Shown here: positions 24,809 through 36,955 of the stretch, one piece after another
Layout of the letters: each line of letters opens with the position of its first letter
How positions within the stretch are numbered: the first letter of the stretch is position 1
From: Phyllobates terribilis
Lineage: Eukaryota
Length of the DNA stretch: 64,000 bases
Assembly: GCF_046119375.1 (NCBI RefSeq)
Contig: NW_027362916.1
Location: 1-64,000 of the forward strand
Direction of reading: 5' to 3'
The notes under the pieces: model-generated
Told to the model about the DNA's origin: nothing
Seen by the model: only the letters and a program-made list of their open reading frames with translations
Databases searched by the model: none
Position numbers and translations under genes: made by a program

Positions 24809-27281
24809 TGTCACGGGTGTGTCTGAAGTGACATACAGTGCAATGCAGACAGCTGCCTAGATAGAAGGCTGTCTTTAGGACCCAGCGACTACCTCCCTTT
24901 AGTCTGGGTGTATATATACCTGGTGTGTCTAGGTGGGCGTTGGAGGTTATACTCATTTCTACTTGGAACTTGGCTGAAGCAGCATCACGTCCTCTTTGGA
25001 GTCTTGAGGCCGTGTGCCCTGTTGGAGTTTCTTCTAAAGCTAAGTTGTAATTCCCCTGTGTTGTCTTCCCCTTTTGTCTTTAGAGTGCTAGCGGTGGTTG
25101 ACTAGTGCTCATCTCCTTCCACCCCCAGCTATAGCCTTATGCCGGGGATAGTAGGGCGAGGCACATGATGGATGACAGCTGCAGAGGCTGTATAGGGACA
25201 TTATTGTGAGACAGGGTGACGCTAGTCCAGATTAGGAGGTCACCTCTTCCCCCTTTTCCCCAGTGTCTGGGCTCCCTTTAACTTTCCCCTCTGTGTTGCA
25301 CTCACACCTGGCGTGACTCTCTGTGTTGCACTCACACCTGTTGTGACATTATAACTGGCCGAGCACGTTTTGGAAATAAAAAAAACGACACAAGATTGAC
25401 ACTTTGTTTTTTTTTCTTTGTGTGTTTTTGGGGATGCACCTTTTTTTTCCTGACTCCCTTTAGTATGGGATCAGTTGCAGAGCGGTTCCGCTGTCTGTCT
25501 CTGGAGGTGAATGCCCTCTGCTGTGAGGTTCTGAGGTTCTGCAGCGGTTACAGGCCGCCAATGTGGGGGTCTCTGCGGGTAAGCCTGTCCAGCCTGAACC
25601 CAAGGTTGCCCTCCCGGACAGGTTTTTCAGGAGGTAGGGACAAGTTTTTTGTGTTTAAGGAGGCATGCAAATTGTACTTCAAACTTCGTCCCTACTCCCC
25701 CGGTAATGAGGAGCAACGGGTTGGTATTGTGATCTCTCTACTGCAGGGTGATCCTCACTCATGGACATTTTCATTACCACAGGACTCAGTTTGTCTCCAG
25801 CCTGTGGAGGTTTTTTTTTTGAGCTCTTGCCCTCATCTATGATGATCCTGACCGAGTCGCCTTGGCTGAGTCTAAGCTACGTCGTCTTCAGTAGGGGATT
25901 CGGTCAGTGGAAATGTACAGTTCAGAATTCCGTAGATGGGCTACGGATTCCAAATGGAATGACTCAGCCCTTAAAAGTCAATTTTGTGAGGGGCACACGG
26001 AAAGGTTAAAAGATGCCTTAGCTGTATATGATACCCTTCAGTCCTTGGAGGATGCCATGTCTTTGGCCTTACGTCTGGATAAACGCGTTCGGGATAGACG
26101 GGTGTGACCTCCTTCTCCGGGGCCTTTTTGTCTCGGTTGTGTACCTGCCAAGGGAGTGGTCTGGGGGTGATCCAGTACTGGGGGAGGTGGAGGAACCTAT
26201 GCAGTTAGGGGGTGTCACTACATCATACATCTCCCCAGAGATTCGCAAGAAAAAAGGCGTATTTTTTTTGTGGGAAAAAGGGACACTTTGTTGAGACCTG
26301 TCCTTCAATTCCTAAACAGAAAGACTATATTAACTCTCGGTAGTCTGGAGTTGGATAAACAAGGGGTGCATTTGTGGCCAAACTGCAGTTTCCGCTTTGT
26401 CCTGACTGCAGAGGTTGTGCTAGAGAACAAAATTGAAAAAATTACGTAGAACCTCTTGAGCCCTCACCTCTACCACCGCCCCCAGTAATGGTTGATGGTA
26501 ATTTGGAGTTCAAGATTTCGAGAATAGTAGATTCTTGTGTCCAACGTCATTCTCTACAATACTTGGTGCACTTAAAAGGCTATGGTCCGGAGGAGAGGAC
26601 ATGGGTTTCAGCGTCAGAGGTGAACGCTCCCAGATTGGTTCGTTATTTTCACACCTCTTTTCCTGAGAAACCCGGTCCTGAGTGTCCGGATGCCACATGT
26701 AGAGGTGGGGTACTGTCACGGGTGTGTCAGAGGTGACAGACAGTCGCCCTGCAAGGGTTTGCAGGAGATCTCCATGCTTGGCAATGCAGACAGCTGCCTA
26801 GATAGGAGGCTGTGTTTAGGACCCAGCGACTACCTCCCTTTAGTCTGGGTGTATGTATACCTGGTGTATCTAGGTGGGCGTCGCCAGTTATACTCATTTC
26901 TACTTGTAACTTGGCTGAAGCAGTATCACGTCCTCTTTGGAGTCTTGAGGCCGTGTGCCCTGCTGGAGTTTCTTCTAAAGCGAAGTTGTAATTTCCCTGT
27001 GTTGTCTTCCCCTTTTGTCTTTAGAGTGCTAGCGGAGGTTGACTAGTGCTCATCTCCTTCCACCCCCAGCTATAGCCTTATGCCAGGGATAGTGGGGCGA
27101 GGCACGTGATGGATGACAGCTGCGGAAGCTGTATAGGGATGTTAGGGGGAGACAGGGTGGTGCTAGTCCAGATTAGGAGGTCACCTCTTCCCCCTTTTCC
27201 CTAGTGTCTGGGCTCCCTTTCCCCTCTGTGTTTCACTCACACCTGGCGTGACTCTGTGTTGCACTCAAACCTGGCGTGACA
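24809..27281 (+). mobile_element. Non-autonomous sushi/chromovirus-type LTR retrotransposon (LTR, gag relic, chromodomain, LTR; no RT)
   Basis: LTRs 24809-25348 and 26714-27281 (TGTCACGG..GTGACA); 5-bp TSD TCGGG on both sides; PPT AGAGGTGGGGTAC. Gag relic (FSGGRDKFFVFKEAC..EEQRVGIVISLLQG..YSSEFRRWA) and chromodomain (FKISRIVDS..QYLVHLKGYGPEERTWV). Confidence 0.93.
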
Positions 27282-29840
27282 TCGGGACACCTCATTAGTG
27301 AGACACATGAACAGTGCATATTGAGGTGAAACAAGAAACATCTCCTTTTGCATCATTGAGGTGGTTAAACCCAATGTGAGAGGAGGTAATCTAAATAGAT
27401 GTATCCTCTAAAAGTAAAGTGAGTGGATTTCTAGACTGGATTCACTAGCCCCTAAGGGACTGAATGAGCAAATTTCCTATGCCTGTTTTGTATGAATACA
27501 GCCCCATCCTGGATTACATTTTTGGATTTTATACTCTAACCATTGCTACTCAGTTCCCTGTGAATGAGGTTCACATATTGTTTTACTTCATCAAGAGATC
27601 TGAGCCTCTATATCAGAATTATTTCTGATCAGTTATATCCCACTTATACTATTTAGTAACTAACAAGTGTGGTGATCCTTGTGTATCTCTAATTATGCAA
27701 TAGGAGTCAAATATGACCATTTAGGAGTATGATAACTACGGGCATGTGCAGTCACAGGTACAAGTGGCGCGGCGGCAATCAGTTTATCTGGTGTTTCAGC
27801 ATAAAGCACGTCACTTCCGGACATGGACACTAGGTTATGGACATTATCGAACCTCTAGCTCATGAGAAGTAGCGTAGGCGCGGTACATTATTGTAGACAG
27901 ACTCTATTCTGTATATCCTGTGACAATTCACCTCTAGGAATGGGAATGGGTCTCCTAGTCTGGGAGGGGTTTTGGATGAAGTGGGATATTTAAAAATGGA
28001 CACCTGGCTATTAGGCACACTGTGCTGAACATCATGAATTATCATCCCTATATCAAGCCTCCTAATGAACCTGTTGGGGAAATGCTTTGAGGCCGATTAT
28101 TGAAACATTCTCTGAGTACCATACCTTTTCCTTTATACATATTGTAGGGGTTTTACTCACTGGGGCACAATGGGAGGAAAACAAGAGGCATGTTCCTTTA
28201 AAATTTCATGTGAGTTTATTACTTCATAAACCCAGAAGCCAAACAGAAAAGCAAATAGCCTTTAGATCAGGCAAACAAAGTAAATGTCCTTAGCCGGTCT
28301 CTGCTCGCCCAGGCCTGTGCGGCACACAAGCTGGGGTAGCGTCCAGTGTCCTGGCTTGGTCTGAAGACAAACATACACAGGAGGCCTTCTCCCTCCAAAC
28401 ACACAGACCATGTGCCAAACAACAGCCTCCATTTTATAGGCTGTTAACCACACCCAGAGGTGAGGTATGTGGGTAGCTGGACTCGCCCATTCTCTCTTAG
28501 CTACCCGTAACCCGGCTCCCAGGTGCACCAAACGATCCTCTTAGTGCTTATCTGCCCTAGAGAAACACTCCGGGTTACATCACAGAGACCAGCCATCTCT
28601 GTGACACATACCTCCCATTGACTATGCAACCATTAACCACATTGCAATACATATCTGGTTTTATGATTACCCCACGGCTGATGAATGGGAATCTGTCACC
28701 CCCTGGGACTTATCTGACCTCTAATATTGGCATACAGGTGATAGAAATGTGACTCTATACATACCTGTATGCCTCATATAAGAGGTCTGTTTGCTGTGAA
28801 ATGGCTTTTTATTCAGTGAAGATTCTGATGCTTGCTGGCCGTGGGGTAGTCGGTGGAGTGGATTCCCTTTAATAAATACTCACTTAGCCCCATTCTTCGT
28901 GCAGATACTAATAAATACAGGACCTATGAGATTTTTACCATATGATAGTTGGATAGTTAGGGGTGTATCATCCATAGCAGCAGCCCACAGGGCCACTATG
29001 GTGCCCGTGAAAAAAACACAGAATTTGAGCTTGGTATAAGTTGGTATCCATGCAGCACATAGACGCATGTTTACTATGGCCATAAATCAGAAAAAAACTA
29101 TAAGAAGAAAAATGATCATAAACCCTGCTGTAAATAAACAAATAAAAAGCAAAAGTGCATTTAAATAAAATAGGGTTCTTAGTAACACTGTTTTTGATCA
29201 AAAATAGCATGAAAGCTATCTCACCATGGCAAGATGATCCCATTCGGGGTAGTCCTACTCTGTTTAATATTAAAAACCTTACCATGTATCAAAGCCTCAA
29301 ACTTCTGTGTGTGAATCAGACCTGAGATCTAACGTGATAGAAGATTACAGTCCGGGGAAGACGGGAAACATTCATATAGACGGCCGGTGGAGATGTAGTC
29401 AGTGAAGAACTCTGGCCAAATATGTTTGTAGAGCCGTAGTAGAAGATGAAAATTTCGTCCTCTTTATGAAGTAGTTATTTCTCATGTCACGTGTAATGAA
29501 TATCTCCTGCAGTATTGCGAATGCCTATTGCAGTGTCAGTAAATGAGACGAGAATTAGCTTTATGGAAGATGAGTCTTTGAGAAATGTGTTCAGCTACCG
29601 ACTCCGAGGAAGAAACTGCTTGCTGTCTGTGGCCTAAAATATATAGGTTTTATTACTAGATGTAAAGCAGAAAACTAAATACTGTAAAATAATAAATCTC
29701 ATGTTTCCCTTATTATCTCCAGTAATTGTATTATTACACAGGATCTTTATGATGTTACATTGGCTCATCATCTTCTCATTCAGGTCCCTACAATATCAGA
29801 TCCTCTCAGTGAAGATCTTCTATTTAAGAGAATTTTCCTT

Positions 29841-32800
29841 ATGGACCCATCAAAGATGGATATGGATAGAGACAAGATGGCGGAGAGGATATTACACCTC
29901 ACCCTAGAGATCCTCTTCCGACTTACTGGAGAGGTGAGAGATTCTGATGACATCACATTACATCATTCTTATCTATGGGAATAACAGATGGACAGAACTG
30001 GAGAGGTGTCTGTAGTTAGAATTATTAATGTGTCTCTCCATAACCAGGATTACACAGTAGTGAAGAAGACCTCTAGTGAGCGCTGTCAGGACCCTGTGTC
30101 TGAGGGATGGGGAAGACCCCTGAGCCCAATCACAGGGCCTCCACCTCACCCCCTGATACATGAGGACATCAATGACCAGAAGATCCTAGAACTCACCTAC
30201 AAGATGATTGAGCTGCTGACTGGAGAGGTGACACTGCTGGGAATGCTGGGACATTATACAGTATCACTATGAAGGGATTGGGGGATGACTGTATCATTGT
30301 ATGTGTCAGGTTCCTATAAGATGTCAGGATGTCGCTGTCTATTTCTCCATGGAGGAGTGGGAGTATTTAGAAGGACACAAAGATTTGTACAAGGACGTCA
30401 TGATGGAGGTTCCTCAGCCCCTCACATCACCAGGTAATAGACAGGACTAAATACACACGGCCTATAATTATCTGTATGTAAAGAATGAATTCAGCCGCTG
30501 TATGTGTTTCCTCCAGATCTATTCAGTAAGAGGACAACACCAGAGAGATGTCCCCGTCCTTTTCTTCCACATGACTGTAAACAAGAAGATCCCAATGTTC
30601 CTCAGGATCATCAGGTAGATGGAGAGAAGGTGTCATGAGATCTCCCCTATGATGTGTAGACGGCTGTGAAGGTCTTGTGTTCAGTCTTGTTTTATCCACC
30701 AGTATTATGTGTTTTATATTTGTGTAATGAGAATGATGGAGTTGGCAGGATTAGAGCTGATCATAGATGGGACTTCTCATCTGTTTGTGACTTTTACAAT
30801 ATTTGTTTCAGGGTGAAGATCTGACCCATATTAATACTACAGAGACATATGTGAGGGGTGATGAGCGGTGTAAAGAGGAGATTCCTACATCTGACTACCC
30901 AGGTGAGTGGTAACCACTAAATGCTGAGAAGTCACAGATTCTTCTCAGTCACCGGCTGTGGCTGCTTTATCGGTGGTGTAGTCCGGCCGTATCACAATCA
31001 TGTGATCACCATTTTGCCTCTAGACCACAACATTCTCTTCCATCCAATACAGTTCAAATGATTTTGGGCATTGAAAACCCTTTTCCATAGAACTTACAAC
31101 CTGGAGGATCCACCTACTCACTGTGATTAGCAGACGTTACCTGCCCAGATCTGTAAACCACAAAGCCAGAAAATCACTTGAAGAAAAATATTATGATGGG
31201 CCGTAAGAGAAAGCGAAGGGTAATGATGATGTTGGCTTCCTAGAACCCTGATATCTTATTGGATGAATCTACCTTCTCTCCCTTCTGTGCTGCTGAATGT
31301 GCTCATATGGTCCCTACAAGACCAGGTCCAGTCTTTACTCTATACTCACAGTTTTGACTATAGTAGTTAGTGCCCAAAATACTCTTATTTAACCCCTTCC
31401 TGCAGCCAGTTTTGTGTTCCTATCTGGGCCCATTTTTCAAATCTGACGTGTGTCACTTTATGTGGTGATAACTTTGGAATTCTTCACAAAGGATAATAGG
31501 AAACAAATGGACCTTACAAATAATATTTCATCTTGTCTTGAATCCGACAATACCTTGTATGCAATTGTACACTACTGTCTGGCCACATGGCAGGTTAAGA
31601 AGGGAAGGAGCGCGATTTAGCTATTTGAATGCAGATTTTGCTGGGATAGCGTGCAGACACGATGTATTGGGGACACTGTTTGTTGTCACCTGGCAGCTCA
31701 AAAGATGGCCACCATGAACAGGCTTGGCTCTATCTACTCCATTTTCCTGATCCCAGCGTTTGCCTTGCTCATCACCCTTTAACCCCTCTACGTGGATTTG
31801 GACTTAGACAGAGACCCCCTGAGCTTGCGCCACGGTTTACCTGCTGTTCTGTGGAGTGAGATGACAAGAAGAATAGTCAGGTAGCCGGATCAGAACCAGG
31901 AGGGCAGAGAAAATACAAAATCAGAAGACACAAGAGTAGTCAGTAGTCGTGCCGAGGTCACAACAGGACACAAATACACAAGCCGGGGGCTGAGCGCAGA
32001 AGACTGAACCAGAGGAGAACAAGGCTGGATCTGGCCGCTTCTGGTAATATGCACAAAAAGCAAAGCCACACTAAGAAGAATTAAAATTCCCCCAATATTC
32101 AAGAAAAAACACAGCAAAAAAGGGCAGCAGTGTTTACCTGCCCAGATGTTCAGAACTAAATGCACTAACAGGGTGCAGTATACCCACATAAAGATGGCGG
32201 CTACACAGGTGAAAAATACTGATGAGACAATCACTCACAACTAACCTACAATCACTCACAACCTACCATTTCATGGAGGGGTGACTGCTTAGTATTTGAA
32301 TTACTCACAAAAAGGCTTGTATAGGGTTCTGTTTACACTAAGGTGCACAGTATCCGGCTTACAGCCTATTAGTTACGCCTATACTATTAGATTAGGCAGG
32401 CTGCCCGGTACTATCCATATATTATATATGCATTTTTGCACTTTTTTTATTCCAGGGTGCAGCCAGGCCCATCAGTGCGGGCATTGTAAACTGTGTCTGT
32501 TCCCATGGGGTGCACTTGGATAGTACTGGGCAGCCCACCTAATCTAATAGTATGGCCGTAACTAATAGGCTGTAAGCCGGATAGTGTGCACTACCCTAGT
32601 GTGAACAGCACCCTATACAAGCCTTTTTGTGTGCAATTCAAATACTAAGCAGTCACCCCCTCCATGAAATGGTAGGTTGTGAGTGATTGTCTCATCAGTA
32701 TTTTGTACTTGTGTAGCCGCCATCTTTATGTGGGTTTGCTGCACCCTGGTTTAGTTATGACGATCTGGGCAGGTACACACTTCTGCCCTATTTTGCTGTG

Positions 32801-35740
32801 TTTTAGTTTCTGGCAATATGCTTCCAGCTTTAGTAGGGTGTGGTGCTTTCCAGTTAGCAGATTACTCCAGCTGGACAGCACACACACCCATACTGCCAGA
32901 CTGGATGGTACTACTGGTCCCAGCAACCCTAATCTTAGTGGCTGGACAGAGCCTGCGCCGCCCAGAGCTTCTGGTTCTGACGTCTCCTCCATCACCAGCG
33001 CCACCTGCAGGATGAATAAGGCGGCTCCTGGTGACCGAAGCAGATGTTGCAGGAGCAGATCCCAGAGGAGATGGGACACACCATTTGCAGAAGCCCTAAT
33101 GTGACCAAATTGCAGAGAACCAGAACAGTAGAAATCCCCATAAAGTGACTCCATTTTGGAAATTATAACCCTCAGTGAAGTAATCTATAGGAGTAGTGAC
33201 TATTGTGACTCCACAGGCACTTTCCGGAAATTAGCACACAGTGGATGTTGGAGAGTGAAAATTACAAATATACCATTTCATTACCCAACACATAGTGCCC
33301 AGATTGTGCTCCAGGAGACACACACCGTAAATTAAGTGGGTTCTTCTCACTATAGTAATACCAAATACATGGATGCTGAGTGTTGTTTGGGCGCACTGCA
33401 AGGCTCAGAAGTGAGGGGGAGATCTGACTTTGGGAGAGCGGATATTGCTGGATTGGTTTATGGAAGCCATGTTGCTTTTCAAGAGCCTTTGAGCCACTAA
33501 TAATGTGGAAACCTCTGGTTTTCCATTGACAGATAATGACCCTGACTGGGGACTTGTTTTTTGTGAGATGAGTAGAAGTTATTATTGATATTATTTTTGC
33601 CTACATAACATTGTTTGATGGCTTCTTATTCCATATTTGGGAAGCAGAATGAACAGTTGGACACCACGCTCTACTGGTTCATCCTATGAGGTTTTCTATT
33701 AGACTGTGAACTGTCATTCTGTCAATAACTTCCCATTTCTACAGATATTTTAAGTACAATTAACACAAGAATCTCATAGAAAAATAAATAAAGATTGCAT
33801 ACCACTTCTAAATCAATCTAAATACACACATCCCTGGGCTACATGCTAATCCAGGAAAATGAAGAGATATATGCTCAAGTTTAAATATTCCTCTATATTT
33901 TAGATTTGTGTCTAATAAAATAGATTTTTAAACTTGAGCATATATCTCTTCATTTTCCTGGATTAGCATGTAGCCCAGGGATGTGTTTGTTTAGACATTT
34001 TAAGTAGAAATGTTCAAAAATATAAATTTCAAGGATATTTTATTCAAAATTAATAATTGTTTTTTTTTCTTGGCAGATGACTGTACCAAAAGATCAGAGG
34101 GACTGGAGATTTTTAAATCAGACGATCTTAAGATCCCACAGGATACAATTGAAGTGAATGCCATTACTCCAGATATACCATCATCCCTTCACAGCAAACA
34201 TCAATCATCTGATCCTATGAAACAGGTCCTGTCTTCTGATTCATTACCGACTGCTAAGGAAAATAAAAAAAAAAAAATGAGCATTACAAAACGAACTGCT
34301 CCTAAAGCAAAGAAGACATTTTCAGGTTCAGAATATGGAAATATTTTTACCCTCTCAAAGTCTATTCTTAAACATCAAAAAATACACACAGCGGACAATA
34401 GATTTTCTTGTTCCATATGTGGGAGATGTTTTAACCAGAAATCAGATTTTAATATACACCAGAGAACTCACACAGGGGAGAAGCCTTTTTCATGTTCAGA
34501 ATGTGGGAAATGTTTCAACCGGAAAGCACGTCTTCATATCCACCAGAGAACCCACACAGGAGAGAAGCCTTTTTCATGTTCAGAATGTGGGTTATGTTCC
34601 ATCGAGAAAGCACATCTTAATAACCACCAGAGAACCCACACAGGGGAGAAGCCTTTTTCCTGTTCAGAATGTGGGAAATGGTTTAACCAGAGATCAGATT
34701 TGATTAATCACCAGAGAATTCACACAGGGGTGAAGCCTTTCTCATGTTCAGAATGTGGGAAATGTTTTAACCAGAAATCACATCTTGTTAAACACCAGAG
34801 AATCCACACAGGGGAGAAGCCTTTTTCATGTTCAGAATGTGGGAAATGTTTTAAACAGAAATCGCATCTTATCCTACACCAGAGAACTCACACAGGGGAT
34901 AAGCCTTTTTCATGCTCAGAATGTGGGAAATGTTTTAACCAGAGATCAGATTTGATTAATCACCAGAGAATTCACACAGGGGTGAAGCCTTTTTCATGTT
35001 CAGAATGTGGGAAATGTTTTAAACAGAAATCGCATCTTATCCTACACCAGAGAACTCACACAGGGGATAAGCCTTTTTCATGCTCAGAATGTGGGAAATG
35101 TTTTAACCATAAATCACATCTTGTTAAACACCAGAGAACTCACACAGGGGAGAAGCCTTTTTCATGTTCAGAATGTGGGAAATGTTTTAACCATAAATCA
35201 CATCTTGTTAAACACCAGAGAATTCACACAGGGGTGAAGCCTTTTTCATGTTCAGAATGTGGGAAATGTTTTAAACAGAAATCGCATCTTATCCTACACC
35301 AGAGAACTCACACAGGGGATAAGCCTTTTTCATGCTCAGAATGTGGGAAATGTTTTAACCATAAATCACATCTTGTTAAACACCAGAGAACTCACACAGG
35401 GGAGAAGCCTTTTTCATGTTCAGAATGTGGGAAATGTTTTAACCATAAATCACATCTTGTTAAACACCAGAGAATTCACACAGGGGTGAAGCCTTTTTCA
35501 TGTTCAGAATGTGGGAAATGTTTTAAACAGAAATCGCATCTTATCCTACACCAGAGAACTCACACAGGGGAGAAGCCTTTTTCATGTTCAGAATGTGGGA
35601 AAGGTTTTATACAGCAATCAAATCTTATCAACCATCACAGAACTCACACAGGGGAGAAGCCTTTTTCATGTTCAGAATGTGTTAAATGTTTTAGCCATAA
35701 ATCCGCTTTGGTTAAGCACCAGAGAACCCACACAGAGTAG
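29841..35740 (+). CDS. C2H2 zinc-finger protein (oocyte/gastrula ZNF, XlCOF/XlCGF-like) with FAX-type boxes and a KRAB-A-like box; 749 aa, 16 intact fingers
   Basis: Exons 29841-29933, 30048-30227, 30310-30433, 30517-30614, 30812-30902, 34077-35740; all GT-AG with consistent phases (0,0,1,0,1); total 2250 nt, open. Exon 3 [27 protein letters not shown] resembles KRAB-A; last exon has [14 protein letters not shown] repeats. The start codon and any upstream exon are uncertain (acceptor at 29783). Confidence 0.9.
32106..32804. repeat. Long intronic inverted repeat (~300-bp arms, ~100-bp spacer)
   Basis: 32106-32417 is approximately the reverse complement of 32517-32804 (e.g. CCCACATAAAGATGGCGGCTACAC / GTGTAGCCGCCATCTTTATGTGGG). 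Confidence 0.9.
33826..33986. repeat. Perfect 60-bp inverted repeat with 41-bp spacer
   Basis: 33826-33885 is the exact reverse complement of 33927-33986. Confidence 0.95.
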
Positions 35741-35789
35741 AAGCCTTTTTCATATTCTTTTTTTTTCAATCCAATAAATTTGAGTATTT

Positions 35790-36945
35790 TTTTCATTAGT
35801 TTTTTTTTTTTGGACAAATCAAGAAACCAGTACATACAATAATATATTAACATACCATAGGGATGACATAGATGCATCTCTCCTATATATCCTTTCAGCT
35901 TGCCCATTACCGTCTGATAACTTGCAGTTACTATATCTTACAATTAACATTCCACATTCTTGAAATCTCTTATATAACCATAATATTGTAATAAACATTA
36001 TAATCCTATACACATATAGGTGTGCTATATTACCCATACCACATGTTAAGGAATTCCAATGCACATCATAATGAAACATTAGACCTCGCCAATACCCCCT
36101 TCCCCCATAAGTCAATGTCTCTCCAACAATAACCCCCGTGATGGCATTCCAGGTGTATCCAACCATAAGCCCCATATTTTCTCAAATGTATTCATTGAAT
36201 TTTATTTTTTACATAACACCTTTTCTAATCTGATAATATTATTTATCCTATTTTTGAGTTCACTAATTTCTGGAGGTGAGGGGTTAATCCATTTGGATGC
36301 AATATGTTTCCTAGCTTGAAATAAAATATGTGAAATCCCTATTGAAATTGGGTCAAATTCCATATCATCTTCTAATATACCTAATAGACATTTTTTGGGT
36401 CTGGTTGAATATCTGTTTTATACACCCTCTTTATAATAGACAGAACTCCTTTCCAGTATTTACCTAACTCCCGGCATTCCCATAGCGTATGTAATAGGCC
36501 CGCAGCATCCATGTTACATCTTGGACATTCAGCAGCAGTCCGGTATCCTATGTTACATAGGAATCTAGGCGTCTTATATTTCCTGTGTATTAATATGATC
36601 TGGGAAAATCTCTGCGCCTCATATAAAGATAATTGGGGTACCAGTTCTAATACCGCTCTCCATTGATCCTCAGAAATTGGACCTATATCTCCATCCATTT
36701 TTGGAAATACGACCCTTAGTATTTCCCTTCTCTAATACCAACTTAACAAAAGTATTATTTTCTACCCAAAAGGGCGTCCATCTTGATTGTGCATTAAATG
36801 AATGCCGAAACTGTAGATATTTATACAATTGTTTATTTGTCAACACAAATCCCCCCTTTAATTCATCAAAGGACTTAAGTATTTTTAGAAAAGTGGAGGG
36901 CACCACCTATATAGTATCCAATGTTGTTCAACCCGTCACATACCA
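35790..36945 (-). mobile_element. L1/Tx1-clade LINE 3' fragment
   Basis: RFSQIILIHRKYKTPRFL..AAECPRCNMDAAGLLHTLWECRELGKYW is the ORF2 C-terminal cysteine-rich domain; upstream LYKYLQFRH. Confidence 0.8.
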
Positions 36946-36955
36946 AAAAAACATA

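Larger units (their letters stand above)
21560..27500 (+). mobile_element. Penelope-like element (RT plus GIY-YIG endonuclease), degenerate, split by three insertions
   Basis: LDIESLYSNIPHEDDIRGVRH..GPAMGSPC (21600-21840); WYR|YIDNIFIIW across the hAT insert; RDSHHP..LRRNCS; NCKTSGLVYVATC..DYVCMTKR (GIY-YIG); after the LTR insert SEWISRLDSLAPKGLNEQ (~27420-27470). Confidence 0.85.

Noticed and set aside
28280-28660. Possible solo or partial LTR
   Set aside because: LTR-like composition only; no clear TG..CA pair, TSD or match elsewhere in the window.
34010-34076. ORF-track start MFKNINF.. for the zinc-finger protein
   Set aside because: Intronic (T-rich tract plus CAG acceptor at 34076); the real frame comes from five upstream exons.
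29841-35740. PRDM9 or a named ZNF orthologue
   Set aside because: No PR/SET or SSXRD domain; lineage-expanded family, so no symbol can be supported.
34335-35777. Alternative-frame ORFs (MGNVL..) over the finger array
   Set aside because: Standard shadow frames of [13 protein letters not shown] repeats.
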